Assembly (NCBI GenBank): GCA_951406725.2
Contig: OX597819.1
Location: 119,288,001 to 119,352,000 of the forward strand
Source: Octopus vulgaris
Lineage: Eukaryota
Length of the DNA: 64,000 nucleotides
Direction: 5' to 3'
The first letter of the stretch is position 1. Each line of letters starts with the position of its first letter. The notes below the pieces were generated by a model. It saw only the letters and a list, made by a program, of their open reading frames with translations, made no database searches and was not told the origin of the DNA. Shown one piece after another: positions 28,116 to 42,485 of the stretch. The translations under genes were made by a program, and so were the position numbers.

Positions 28116-29408
28116 TGCATATCCTTTTGATGATATGAACATATAATCAGTCTTTCAAAGCAAATAGATGATAATAAACAGTTATTTCACGTATTTTATT
28201 TAAATTGACAGAAATGTGACCAAACACCAGTTGCATTCTATGTGTTTATAGCAGTCTGAGCTTATAAACTAGCTTACTGTCTACATTAACGTGTTCTAAT
28301 AATCGACAACGAGAAATTCAGATATACGATACAGGTATGCATCAACCTATGAAGTTGCTTTTTCAAGTCAATGATGTTCCATCCTGATGACGTGTCCTGT
28401 CCAGCTCAGCAAAATCCCATTGTTCACATCAGATCATTTATTTCCATAAGCACAACTTCACCTTCACGTGTTTATATATATATATATATATGGATTCTGA
28501 CTGTGAACGTCACAACAAAAGGAATCACGTATCTTCACATCTTTCAGTCATCAATTTTAACTTCCATTGTCTAAATTTCAAAGTCGTACCAATAACTCAG
28601 TGGGAGCGTACTAAATGATGTGATCTCAACACAGAAGCCATCAGCTGTTATCGTGAGAGCAACACTGGCGCAACTTCCAGTGATTCAGGTGAAGTTTCTA
28701 CGATAATAATAATCTACTAGGTGTAGTGAGAAGAGGAAAAACATCACTTTCACCCACTTAATTTTGAGAACTTTTGGCCAAACAACGACATCCCTAATAT
28801 CGAAAGTTACATCATTTGAGGGATTCATCCTTACTCCCTAACAGTTAGTGACACTGAGTATTATCGCCGCGAGAACGTCCAGCATCCTCTCGTATGTATC
28901 AACATCTCAATCGAAGGAGAGGGGCTTTTTCCGTCCGGGTTGCGGATCCGTGAAATAAGCTGCCGGACGAGATGGTGAGGATGCCGACGACCGCTCGGTT
29001 CAAAGTGTCCCTTGACCACAAGTGGCCTGAACTCTTTACATGAACACCACCATGTACATAACTCCATGTCCCCCTACATGACCTTGCGTTTTGCTTTTTG
29101 AGCCCAAAAATTAACTAACTAACTAACTAAATCCTATTAGTGTCAGTAAATAGATTGTCTTTTAAGAAAGCCCAACGCACATTCCGTTTATAAACCGCAA
29201 GGACCAACAGTAGGTGTTACTGTCCCAAAAAGTATTGATGGATACATAGTCCATGCGTATGTGCGATCGTTAGCTATTCAGGACTTAATACATCTGGTCA
29301 ATATTAGGCCTTTCCTTATGAAGACACCACCAGACGTGTTGTCTCTTGGTATATTTTTTTTTAAAACTATCACTTCATTTTCTTCATCAAACTCCTTTCT
29401 ATTTTTTC

Positions 29409-29448
<40 letters not shown>

Positions 29449-29520
29449 CTACATGCATGCGCACATACATGCACATCTATGTGTCTATGTATATGCATAT
29501 ATGTGTGCGTGATTTCTTGA

Positions 29521-30130
<610 letters not shown>

Positions 30131-30346
30131 TGAAAATACTTGTTCTAAAATCTTTCTAAGAGAGCAACGCAGTCGTTGTACTAAGATGTAATGTTCGTAG
30201 CCACTTCGATATGGATGTCCTTTCGAACAAAATCTGCCTCAATTTCTTAACCCCAAGGCATCTCCTTTACGAGATTAACGATGCTGTGCCTTATCCTATA
30301 AATTGCGAGCATGGGAGACAAATACTACCACCTCCTAGCGATGGGA

Positions 30347-30397
30347 CCAGTAGACCTCAGCTGGTTTCGGTCTATTTCTGCCATCCTTCGGTACTGG
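30347..30397 (-). ncRNA. Degenerate hammerhead motif
   Basis: Minus: CCAGTA CCGAAGG ATGGCAGAAATAGACC GAAAC CAGCTGAG GTC TACTGG. Perfect 6-bp stem I, altered core, weak stem II. Lies between ~70-bp direct repeats (~30140-30215 and ~30515-30590). Confidence 0.5.
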
Positions 30398-30977
30398 ACA
30401 CCTCGTCTCCTACAGAAGGCAGTAGCTCGCCTCAGCTAACTATATATATATATATATATAATTATATTTCAAACAAATACGCAGTCGCTGATTTTGCCAC
30501 AGGTAAAAGAAAAATGTTCTAATATCTCTCTAAGAGATCAACGCGGACGTTTTACTGCCGAGTAATATTCGCAGCCACATAAAAATGGCTGACTAGCAGA
30601 CGAGGTTTCTTGTACCAAAGAGTGGCAGAAATATGGCATCACCACTGCCCATGCCGAAAGGTGGTAAGATCATGATACTTAATGATTATTTGTCACACAG
30701 TTATGTCCCAGGATTCACCTATATATACATATATGTACACATATACACACTCTTTTCTACACGCATATATGTCCGCACGTGAATCACTATATGAGCTCAC
30801 ACTTTTACTAGTACCAAAGAAACAGTTATGTACATATATATACAACACACATACACGCATAGCCATCTGCTCCCATTTGATATAGTTATGTGTACTTTCG
30901 ACCTTGCGAACATGGATATACGTGCAGGTGCGTGCGTAGAGAGACACACAGCACATGCATAACCACACATCAACGCC

Positions 30978-31058
<81 letters not shown>

Positions 31059-31233
31059 CTACATTGTACATTTAAATACACAAGATGTACCCATCATAGG
31101 ATTCCTGGCACGCTGGAAGGAACAGCCAAAATCCATGTATTTATATGAATAATATATAGTCTATTGACTACTTTTTCTACACTCTAGGCCACTGGTAGTA
31201 AAAATTTCTAATTTTTTTATTACCCTGATATTA

Positions 31234-31287
<54 letters not shown>

Positions 31288-31989
31288 CAGTCACATGTAT
31301 ACACGCTTGCACGCAAATACACACATAACACATACACATGCGCACACATATATGTGTCTGTGTGCAATTATATATATTTAATTTCTGAAATGGAATATTT
31401 TACTCAATACATAAAATAGTCAACATATTCTCTAGAACCAATGAAGTTGAGTTGTTCTTCTATGTTTCACTTGATTAGTTGTTGCAGTACTTGATGTCAG
31501 GGAGCAGTACGTCCATATAAAAGCAAATGATTTTCAAACATGACAAAACATGAAGAATTCAATTATAAATCGATATTTCGTTGCATGAGAAAAATCTCTT
31601 TGAAAATGCAACACAAAATCAGGTTTTCTAACACAATACACCCACACACAAAAATACAATATGTTTGTCTTTTCATATACATTAACTCCGCATCAAATGT
31701 ACGAACATAAGTCATCAAGCAGAGCATTTATGTTTCATAAAATTGCAGTGTTTATATACACGCAAGTAGATTTCTATTGAAGCAAGTACAGAAGGCGAAG
31801 TACCACAGGAGTTGTATAACAGAGGAGGCGGGTGCAAATACAAGAATTGCGGGATCTGGTGCGGCATTCCCCTATCTTCAACATTCTGTCTTCAGAAATG
31901 GAAATATAACATAATTCGGTGTCCTTATCAAACCTTATCTTTGGTCATATAGCTTGGATAATAACAGAAAGAATACATTACTAGTGGGT

Positions 31990-32310
31990 CTTTGGCGTAA
32001 CGTTAAACGATAGTGTACATGGGAGATCAGAGAGGCGATCCAGGTATAGATGCTGCTTCTGCGGATTGGGACATCACAGTTTTTATACTACAGGCATGCG
32101 GAAATAATACCCCAGGAAAGGATTGCATGAAGGTTTTATGGGCTAAACCAAGCGGCGGAAGACCCATAGATTGATCACAAACAAGATGATGGATCACATC
32201 ATCTTGGATATTCTCGCCTGTGGATCCATTCGCATTATCTGGAGAGGCAGTGACAGGACCTGATGAAAGGCATGCTTGAGGACTTTGCACTAATGACCCT
32301 CTCAAGAATA
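31990..32310 (+). mobile_element. Possible decayed RTE-like LINE 3' remnant
   Basis: Translates ...KVLWAKPSGGRP...RWDHI, resembling the RxxGRPxxRWxD C-terminal motif of RTE RTs; many stops. Confidence 0.35.
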
Positions 32311-34024
32311 AGTAAGTGAAATTAGATGAGATATGTTTCTTTCTTCAGTATATATCTTGATGCACTCAACCATTCTTTAGGAATTACGCTATTTCAGAAA
32401 TTTAGTTGTTAAAACTACACTATAAAGTTCAAATGAGACTTTTCAAACAGAAAGTATTTCCGCATATTTGCTAAAAAATGCAATAAACTGTAAAATGTAA
32501 GAGCTGTGTTTTTCCAACCGAATGAGATTTCCTGTTCTGAAATCTTTGAGTTAGGAAATTACTTAGTATACAAGGGAGCAAATGAGACAATTTCATAATT
32601 GGTAATATTTGCATTATATGTTGTTAGTAAAGCATTTATTAAATTCCTCGAATGTCAAAATGTTCACCTGAATAACGAAAAGGATTTTTGGAAAGCATTT
32701 CAGTACATATTATTCCAATTAGTGACTTGGTTGCTAGATTTTTATGCACACTTGCGTAACTTTGAACGGAGAAATTTTTAGTGTAAGAACGTTATTATAA
32801 ATGGGCTAAAGTTATTTCGACCGTATGTTTTCAATTGCACCATATTTCTTATATAAAACTAAGTTTGCCGAATTAATAGCATATATCACAGATTTACTCA
32901 CGACAACATCGTGCTAGATATTCTGTAGTCCGTAATTGCATATTATGTGGTCTGTTGTTGCATACATAATATGCATTATATAAAAAATCATACAGTAGAT
33001 GATTTAATAAAGTGGTCCATTGCCATATTTAAAAGCGTATATAATTAAATACCGAGTGTTAAATGTGGCTTTGGAACACTACCATATACATAAAATGTGA
33101 TGTACGAAATTATAACGAGTAATAGTTTCACCCATGCCGTATTTACGAATCGGAGATATATAGGCTACGCCATTATAAAATAAAAAATAGTGTTTATACA
33201 TTAAAAGGGGGAAAGGCGGCCACTTGCTTTTGTCATCTCAATGAAATACAAGTTCAGCACCAATATAATAGGAATTGCTATAACAAAAACATTGCACGAG
33301 GACCTCATGACAACCTCACTTAACACAGTGAAACTTACAGCGGGATTGTTCAACGTAAATACCAGGATGCACGAAAAACATTCTTCACTTGTTAATATCA
33401 TTCTGCAGCTGCTGGTCTGCACTTCATAAATAGTGCTTCCGATCCTCATATGAACATGTATTTTCAAACCACCTACCAAGCAATAGTTAACATCATTTAA
33501 AGAATCTAGTGTACTACGTTCGTAGCAGTTTACTTAATTATTCCTTAATGCAATGCTCTTCAAATGTATATTCAGAATAAAAACGGTTATTCTGTTATGA
33601 AAAGACGTTTTCTTGCATAAAATATCTTCGATTATTTTCCGAAACCTTTTGGTGATAACACATTTCATTCTGTCTATAACTCGTAATTCAATGGAATATA
33701 TGTCTCGGAATACGGAATAATTTCGTTATGGTAGTTTTTTCAGCAATGCATATTTCAATAACGATCTAGTATATATAGACACATAAAAAGAGAATATATA
33801 TATTGCAATATATCTTACGCCTACAAAAATTATGTAAGCGCAATGAGGAGGAAGCAGACGCGGAACAGTTTCTGATATCGAAATCTACATAATGTTTTAT
33901 GAAAGCGCAGTAATTATCGAGGGTGCAGAAGAAACGAAATAACAGACACCCTTGTCTGTGAAAAGCAATTCCAAAAATGATTGGGCATACAACGTTTTGT
34001 ACCAGGCGTGCGCGAACACATACA

Positions 34025-34210
34025 TACACACAAAATAAGCAAAAACAAAAGACGAAGACAAGTACATAAACAACAAAAAAGGGGTATTAGTTTGACGCTC
34101 GGGAAGGTGAGAATCTCTTTTACGTTTCGAGCCTATACTCTTCAACAGAAAGGAACACGACGAAATAAACAGAGAGAATGAGAAAAGCTGTGGATTTAGC
34201 GGTCCAACAA
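34025..34210 (-). mobile_element. PLE-type terminal repeat with variant HHR (34117-34152)
   Basis: Minus: CTTT CTGTTGA A GAGT-ATAG-GCTC GAAAC GTA AAAG. Confidence 0.6.
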
Positions 34211-35092
34211 AGCCACTCGTATATATATATGTCTGTATGTGTGTGTGTGAGTGTGTATCTGTATGTATGTACCAATTCAATCCGTAACAAAATGACGAAA
34301 ATATGTGGAGACATTATGGCTACATTTAATATAAGGGAATGATTTTTTTACTAGCGATAGAATTGAGATAAAATTTTATATACTATTAAATAAAAAAACA
34401 AAAGCAAAATATCATATTTGATTGAATTAAAATGAGAATAAATTCCTAGCATGATGTCTCTTCCTTCACAATAAACGATGGGCAAATAAGGAAACTATGA
34501 ATACACACGACACACAAATCATGGTTTGTATTTATGCTAATGTAAGATATGCATGCATATATGTATGAGAGCACAGCACTGAGATTAACCTTAATTTCTA
34601 TGGTAAACAGTTACCTTCAAGAGCTCGTAAAAAGTGACTTGAAGATATGAGAGATCCGTGATTCGAATTTGTTTTCGAAATGATTTTGCTGTAACCCTCA
34701 TAATCTACCGCCCACTTTTGTTTGATAGCTGCATTTTATTTTCGATCTTATGCAGCTCTCATCAGGTATTCTTTTTCAGTAAGACTGCTTCAGTACGATG
34801 TTTGACACATTAGCTCCAAAAGCCAGAGGCGTACTTTAAGCTAAAGAGCATGTAAGTCCGGTGTTGATATTCTTTCTCAAATTTATCATAACGTATATCT
34901 GATTGGATCTTTCTTTCATTTTTTGCACCAGTATTGGGATATAAACTATCTTCATCGAAAGTGATATTTGCATCTGCCATACATACATACATGCATGCCA
35001 CTTATATATACATGCCCCATATGTGTATATATACGTGAATTTATAGATGAACGTAGGCGTAGGTGTGGCTGTGTGGTAAGTAGCTTGTTTAC

Positions 35093-36532
35093 TCAGAATG
35101 CAACATTAGTTGGTCCGGACTTTTACAGTGAGCAGATGTGAGTTTCGGCTCCATGAACAGAAAAGAAAAAAAGAACAAAAAGAAAAATTGTCAATCATGG
35201 CTCGTTATAGCGAGAAAAATACTGGGTTCTCATCACCGTAACGGTGAATTAAGAATTTTTTTGAAAATTTTTCTTGTGAATTCTAGTGGGCGTATCTCGC
35301 CAGAAAAATAAGAATAAGCCATTTGGATTACCTATTTGGATTACCCTTTTGGAGTATTATACAAAGGATTCCCTGTCTGTGCTATTTGTGAGATTTTTCT
35401 TTTACTTTTCCCTTCTATTATTTATTTATTTCTAAATTTTGGTTCATTCTTTTCATTACTTTAATTTCAGTTTCCTTCCCTCCCCATTATTTTGTTTTAT
35501 TTTTATTCGGTTTAACTTTTTGGCAGACTGTCTTTTGAACTATTTTTGAACTGTTTTTCGACATGGCAGAGAAGGAACTTCAAAAGAAAAACTCTGTCTT
35601 AGAGTGGGAAATTAACCCGCTTAAGCAATGGTTAAAAGATGTGGAGGAGAAGACGATGGTACAAAAAGGATTAAAAAGGAAGAAGGCGGGCAACAATAGT
35701 TGCCCGCCGAAGGAACCTAAGGCTTCGGAAGGCGGGGGAGAGTCTCTGGACAAAGCGGAATAGCTTCACTTTCCCAAAGCCAGGAAGAAAAGAAAAAAAA
35801 CAAGGAAGAAGAACGGGTCATCGCTGCGGGGAGATGATATGCCGACTTCATGTCCCAAAGTTGTGCCACCCACGGTTGAAGAAACCACCCCCACCCTTAA
35901 AGATGATCAATCAATTACCTTTTTCTTAAAGGGCGGGGAGGTGGAAAAAATAGTAGAAGAACATAAAGAAACAGTAGATATGCCCTTCACACGGGATCCA
36001 GAATGGCGTCCGCAGATAGCTGTGGAGGTCATGAGGTTTACCTTGTGGGAAAGGCTTAAAGGATTTCGGAAGGAGTGTCGCATATGGCCGGGTGGCTCTT
36101 ACACGACTTACATATCCTACACGAGTGAAGCATGGGAGATGGCGGGATACAGGAACTCAATCGGCATTGAAGATAACGATGAATATATCGATGGATATAT
36201 CGAAGAGTAGGAGGTGAAACACCCTCGTTAGAGGGTTTGAAACCTCATTGGATTATTTTGTAGTGGTTTATAAACTCAATTTTGTGATTTAAGAAAAAAA
36301 AGAAATCATGTTAAGTAAGAGGTTTTAGTGCCTCCCCCTTGTAAGAGTTTCGAAACCTCATATTGATTTAAAAAAAAAAAAAGAAAATATGATTTCGAAA
36401 AAAAAATCCAATCGGCGGGTGTTAGGTTTCGTCTCTCATTTATTCATTATAATTTCATTTTCATTCATTAATGTATTTGTCCAGCCCGCAAAGCTCTTTG
36501 TACTGTCTATATGACGACAAATTTATGAAATA
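35093..36532 (+). mobile_element. Non-autonomous non-LTR retroelement with 15-bp TSD and broken ORF1-like remnant
   Basis: TSD AAGTAGCTTG(T/C)TTAC at 35078-35092 and 36533-36547. Inr-like TTAGTT with DPE-like AGATGTG about 27 nt downstream. ORF pieces 35563-35763 and 35839-36210. Ends in AATAAA. Confidence 0.7.
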
Positions 36533-36671
36533 AAGTAGCTTGCTTACGAACCACATGGTTCCGTGTCCAGTCCCACTGTATGGCACCTTGGGCAAGTGTC
36601 TTCTACTATAGCCTCGGGCCAACGAAAGCCTTGTGAATGGAATTGGTTGACGAAACTGAAAGTAGCCCGTC

Positions 36672-36739
<68 letters not shown>

Positions 36740-36805
36740 CCTCGTGAGTACCACTGGCGGTTTTTTCCCTCTGTTTTCCCTTCTCGGGATCTTTCCTTCT
36801 CCTAT

Positions 36806-36840
36806 GTTTCCAACGAAGAGCTCCGCTCGAAACGTTAAGC
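36806..36840 (+). ncRNA. Degenerate hammerhead motif in a PLE-type repeat nested in the SINE microsatellite
   Basis: GTTT CCAACGA A GAGC-TCC-GCTC GAAAC GTT AAGC. Confidence 0.5.
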
Positions 36841-36936
36841 CCTCCTTCTTCCCTTCTTTCCTGAGCGTCCAATAATACTTTATTTGTTCCACGTCCTTGC
36901 GTTGTTGTTTTTTTTTGTTTTCTTGTTTGGATTAAC

Positions 36937-37028
<92 letters not shown>

Positions 37029-37594
37029 CGTGTGTATGTGTTTGTGTGTTTGTCCCAACAACATCGCTTGACAACCGATGCTGGTGTGTTTACGTACCCG
37101 TAACTAAGTGGTTCGGCAAAAGAGACCGATAGAATAAGTACTATGCTTACACAGAATAAGTCCTGGATTCGATTTGCTGGACTAAAGGCAGTGCTCCAGC
37201 ATGACCACAGTCAAAAGACTTTGGGACATGAATGTGCATAGAGATACATGCACAGCAAATCAATGGCGGATGCTTTTGCGGTAGATGATTTGTTGCAAGC
37301 AGCATTAAATACTAATATACGAGATTTTCTTTCCGATATGATATTATGAAAATAACAGAAAGCATAAAACATTCAGACCAAAATATTTCTGATATTTATT
37401 ATCTATTGTGATGCGTGCTGTAAATATAAACACATTGAAAACTTTCGCAAAAATTTACGAAGAAATTGCAACAATAAATTTTGGAAATGACTCCATCAGC
37501 ACAATTAAACGAATGCAGTAAGCGAATCATTCACATTTTAAAGTCATAAAAGCCTGACCCCTTTTCATTATTTCTCTCTCTTTCTCTCTGCATA

Positions 37595-37873
37595 TTCTTT
37601 AGTCATTTGCGGCCATGCAGGAGCACCGCCTTAAAAGGATTTTTAGTCGTGAAAATCGATCCCGGACTTATTTTTTCTAAGCCAAGTACTTATTCTATCG
37701 GTCCCTTTTGAGACCGATAGAATAAGTACTTTTGCAGATCTGCTAAGTTACGGGGACGTAAACACACCAACATCGGTCGGCAAGTGATGGTGAGGATACA
37801 AAAACAGAGACAAAGACGCACACACACCGAGATATACATACATACATATATACATGCATACAAGCATTCATAC

Positions 37874-37954
<81 letters not shown>

Positions 37955-38115
37955 ACGGGCTTCTATGAGTTTCTGCCTACCAAATCCACTCACAAAGATT
38001 CGGATGGTCCACGTTTATAGTCTAAGACATTTGCTCAGGCTGCTACGCGGTGGGAATGAACCCCGAACCATGAGGTTGGGAAGCAAGCATCTTACTGCAT
38101 AACCACGCCTATGCC
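37595..38115 (-). mobile_element. SINE family A (diverged) with internal 20-bp inverted duplication
   Basis: Family A tail and head present; perfect inverted repeat at 37684-37731. Confidence 0.85.
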
Positions 38116-39854
38116 TACTTTATTTCTATTATTATTCCTCGATAGGTCGGATCTTATCGTTTGCAACAAGAGACCCAATAGATCGTAGTGTCGTAGCTGC
38201 TCCGCGAAGCACGTGACACCTAATGGCATGTTCAGACGTATGCAAGCGATCCTTTCTCGCGCGATCTCTTCGAAACAAGTCGGGTGGGACTTTGGCTTCA
38301 GCCACCGTCCCACAGTGTTAATTCCGTCGGCGACGCTACTGCCCACCACAGTTCATCTCGTAGTTGACAGGATAGCCGTAGCGGAAATGACTTTGACGGC
38401 GCCCGTCTAATGTCGGCGGAGTCATCTGCTGTTGGGAGTGATAAATAAAGTACCAGTAAATCACTGTGGTCAACGTATTCGACTTGTCTCCTCCAACCAA
38501 GTCTCAGGCCGTGTGAGTTAATAAGAAATATTATTATACGAAGCCCAGTATACTCATCATAACTACCCGTCTGATAAGGGTACACCAGGCACATGCATCA
38601 CAACCATATGTGCGCGACATGGTGGTCTCATATCAAGATAAACAGTACATGACCTTGCAGGTGGGGCCCAGGTAGAATTCTCTTCTTGTCGAGTAGCCCA
38701 TCCCATTCAAATGGTCCATGAACATGAGTTGTTTAAGGATGTTGAACGAAAAACCCATGTTTCCAGAAGGGATTTATTCAATCCCCAAAGAATCCCTCTT
38801 AACACATGGCTATGATGCTACCCCACTACTTCTGCTCTTGATCAGAGATGCGCATATCGTCAGCCACTAAAGGATATGGTCAACTCGTTATGGTCAAACA
38901 AGTGACAAGTAAATCTGTGGTATTGGGCAGAATATTTGCTGTAGCCCATCTTTTATACCAAGACAAAACAATGTACATGATTACACTTCCAATCAGTTAA
39001 GATCAGAAGTCACGAGAGCCACTGCCTGGTACTGCATCAGGGCATCATCATCATCATTATTAGGCAATAAGAAGGGGTGATACGATTTGTAATAGATTCC
39101 TAATTCAACGGTTTGAACTACATTTCGATAGATCCTCTGTCATTTTTAAGTGCAAAATGTTAAATGAAAACGACTGCAGAAACACACAAATTCAAAGTAT
39201 AAAGGAGGAAATCATGCGTTCCTATGTTGATAGAATGACATCAACAGGTTTCAGTTCTGTAAGTGGTAAAAAGAAAAACAAGGAAAACGAGAAAATAAAA
39301 CATGAAAAAAGAATAAAGTATATTTAGCGGAACAGCTTTGTGTAAATGTAATAAAATTTACCTTACATTTTATTCGTTCCTCCAGGGCGTGATATTAGTA
39401 ATTCAACAATATATTTGTCCTCATGCATTTTGAAGACTGAAAGTATTTTTGATTTGTTTTTCTTTTGATTTTTTGGTTTTGTTTTTTGAGAATGTGCTCT
39501 TTCTGCTCTTCCTCGAAATTTGCAACCGCTTGATGAAAAATGTTCAACAAGTTCTGTCGAACAACTGCTATTTTGTTTTACCTCATACCATTGAATTTTC
39601 TGAATGCTCTATCTGAAAGACAGTCGCAAGCAAGGTAAGCCCTGTTCATTGTGCATCAACAAGAGTCAAATCAATTCCGTCATGAATTATAACAAAAATG
39701 TTATGATATATACGTAAGGTGGAGGTTTATAAATCTTCCCTTGTCGTGTCCGCTGCAGAATTTCACCCAAATTTGACGTCGATGTTACTTAGTTTGGTTT
39801 GAAGAACTTGATTAGCTAAATAATCCTATCTTAAACCCCGGCAAACCCGGGTTA

Positions 39855-41060
39855 TAGTCTGATATATAACTATTGATGTGTTTAAGGAAGGGTTTCAGGA
39901 GAATGTCCATAAATAGACTTAGTCTATGTGTTTCACAGGCTGGGCCAACAATAATGGGTCTCAGTTTTAGGTCCCCTGGGTTTGGTGTATGTCTTTCGTG
40001 ATTTTGTTATGGTTTTATTTATAATCTGGCTTTTTCGGATTTTTGGTAGACCGTAGAATAGGCTAGGTTTGCACTTAAAGTTTGTTAATTAGTCAATTCC
40101 TTTTGTTGTCAGATTTTTACATAGGTTTTAATTAGTGAGGATATGTTTAGCATTATTTTTTGGCGGGTATAGTTCTCTCTTTTACTCTCTTTTACTTGTT
40201 TCAGTCATTTGACTGTGGCCATGCTGGAGCACCGCCTTTAGTCGAGCAAATCGACCCTGGAACTTATTCTTTGTAAGCCCAGTACTTATTCTATCGGTCT
40301 CTTTTTTGCCGAACCGCTAAGTGAGGGGGACGTAAACACACCAGCATCAGTTGTCAAGCAATGCTAGGGGTACACACAAACACACACACATACATATATA
40401 TACATATACATATATACGACAGGCTCCTTTCAGTTTCCGTCTATCAAATCCAATCACAAGGCATTGGTCGGCCCGGGGCTATAGCAGAAGACACTTGCCC
40501 AAGATGCCATGCAGTGGGACTGAACCCGGAACCATGTGGTTGGTTAGCAAGCTACTTACCACACAGCCACTCCTGCGCCTATTTCGTGAATTTCTGGTAA
40601 TATTGACTTTCATTAAGCATGAAGATTACTAGATTTTATAGAATAATGTGTCCGTTACTACCACGGCACCTCCTTTGTCTGCTTTCTTAATCGTTATAGC
40701 TTCATTATTTTCAAGTTCTGTTAGTTCCTTCCATTGTACAGTGCTAAAGTTTGAGGTAATTTTCTGTTTATGCATGGTGTGGTAGAGAAAGTTTTCAATG
40801 TGCTAGTAGAATTCGTCAACATTTTTATTTTCTCATTTTGGGGGATGTGTTCACTTTTGTTTTTGACTAGTGAGTCATCTTCAGTATTGTAATAGGTTAA
40901 TGCTTCTATGAATCTTAATTTTCTACTGAATTCTATTATACTGTCCTTCACTTCATTTTGGTTTGCTCTGCGTGGTGTTGGGGGTGAATTTTAACCCTTT
41001 TGAGAGGATGCCTATCTTTGTGCTTGAAAGAGGTTTAGTTGAGAGGTTAATTATCTTCGG
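39855..41060 (-). pseudogene. Penelope-like element reverse transcriptase, N-terminal part, decayed and SINE-interrupted
   Basis: Minus translations: IINLSTKPLS...ILSKGLKFTP; ITIKKADKGGAVVV; FYGLPKIRK; DLKLRPIIVGPACETHRLSLFMDILLKPFLKHINSYI. These are characteristic PLE RT motifs. Confidence 0.9.
40175..40582 (-). mobile_element. SINE family A, full length, inserted in the PLE RT
   Basis: Complete head-to-tail copy separating collinear PLE RT segments. Confidence 0.92.
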
Positions 41061-42002
41061 TTTTTCGTTATCACCAGATTTCAATCCATTTCCTGGTGTC
41101 TCTGGTCTGGGGATAAAAAATGGTGGTCGCGATTTTCCTTGTATTAGCTCTCTGTGAGGTTGTATGGTAGTGGGCCGGGAGAGTGGTGCTACTTTTGCCT
41201 TAGATTTATGCGTGTGTGGCTGTCTTTGGCCATTTTGGTTAATGATGAGTGTAACATTTCTGTATACGACATATATGAAATTTCTTGTATACGGAGTGTT
41301 TCTTGACCTAGTTTTTATTTTGTTCTGTTCTTGCGTGGGAACAGTGGTTTCGGGTCATGGGGTAGTAGTATCTGGTATGTGGTGATTCTTATCCTAGTGT
41401 TGTCTTGTGCTGTTATGGGGTGGTTGTGCTTGGTATTAGGACGTCGATGGTGTGTCCTCTTCCTGGTATATGGGTTATCTTTAGATTTGGAGTAATCTAT
41501 TTTATAGATGCGTCAGCGGTCAGTTTGTTTGTTGTTTAGTTTAGGGTGGTTAAAAAGTGGTAGTGGTTGGGGATTTCTATTTATGATGTATGGAGGATAA
41601 CGAGTGGGTTTGTTGTTGGATAAGTAGTTAAAATTGTTTGTTATTTATATTTTTTCTTTTGAAATGGATTATCTGTACTGAATTATTTTTTAAAGGTTGA
41701 TTCATACCCTTGGAAGAAACCATTGCTCTTTCCCAGCGCTCGAGAGAATTTAATTATTGGTCTTCGCAAGCTTCTTTCCAAAGATTTATGGCGTTTTCGA
41801 GGGTTGTCCCTCAGTTTATTTCCCTGTGCATCTCCTGGTCAATGTATCTATATATTTCTTCGTTAGTGGAAGTTCTAAGTCGTAGTAGTTAGATCTCCGA
41901 TTTTAGATGGAAAATACTAACCTTTCCCTAATAAAGCTCTGACCGTTAGTTTCATTTGGTAGTATTTTGATTTGGAATTTGCGTGGGAGAATAATTGGGG
42001 AT

Positions 42003-42041
42003 GAGAAATTTGAAAAGAAAATGCGAAACCGGTTATTTCTC
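42003..42041 (+). ncRNA. Minimal hammerhead, U3:A8 core variant
   Basis: GAGAAAT TTGAAAA GAAAATGC GAAAC CG GTT ATTTCTC; perfect 7-bp stem I, weak stem II; upstream of the PLE RT remnant. Confidence 0.65.
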
Positions 42042-42422
42042 CCAAAAGAATGTCGCTATACACAAAATTTTATATAATTTTCCTAACATGACGATTTTAA
42101 TATAACTTTTAACAATATACTACAAATTTCATGTAGTTTTTTTCATTCTATTTTCTTTATAAATCTATCGTTTTTATGTGTTGAAAAATGAAGGAGATAA
42201 TCCTGTAGATGAGATATTGGGTTAAACATTTTTTAGATGGTAAATAGAAATTGGAGACTGCCCGTGGTAATCGCAAAGAATCACGGAAATATGGAGAGAA
42301 TGTGAATGGTTCGTGATGTGTCGCACAAAAGTGCGAATTTGAAAGCATTGTTAAGTATCAAAACGCCCTTCCGTTTATCTATTCATTACACTTTCTCCAT
42401 ATCTATGTGTATACATGAGTAT

Positions 42423-42485
<63 letters not shown>

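Larger units (their letters stand above)
35054..37215 (+). mobile_element. SINE family A carrying two nested insertions
   Basis: Head 35054-35092, resumes 36533-36672, microsatellite with insert ~36739-36937, tail 37040-37215. Confidence 0.85.

Noticed and set aside
38985-39045. U2 snRNA resemblance (ATCAGTTAAGATC; CCTGGTACTGCA)
   Set aside because: Only two short matches with wrong spacing; no branch-point pairing region or Sm site.
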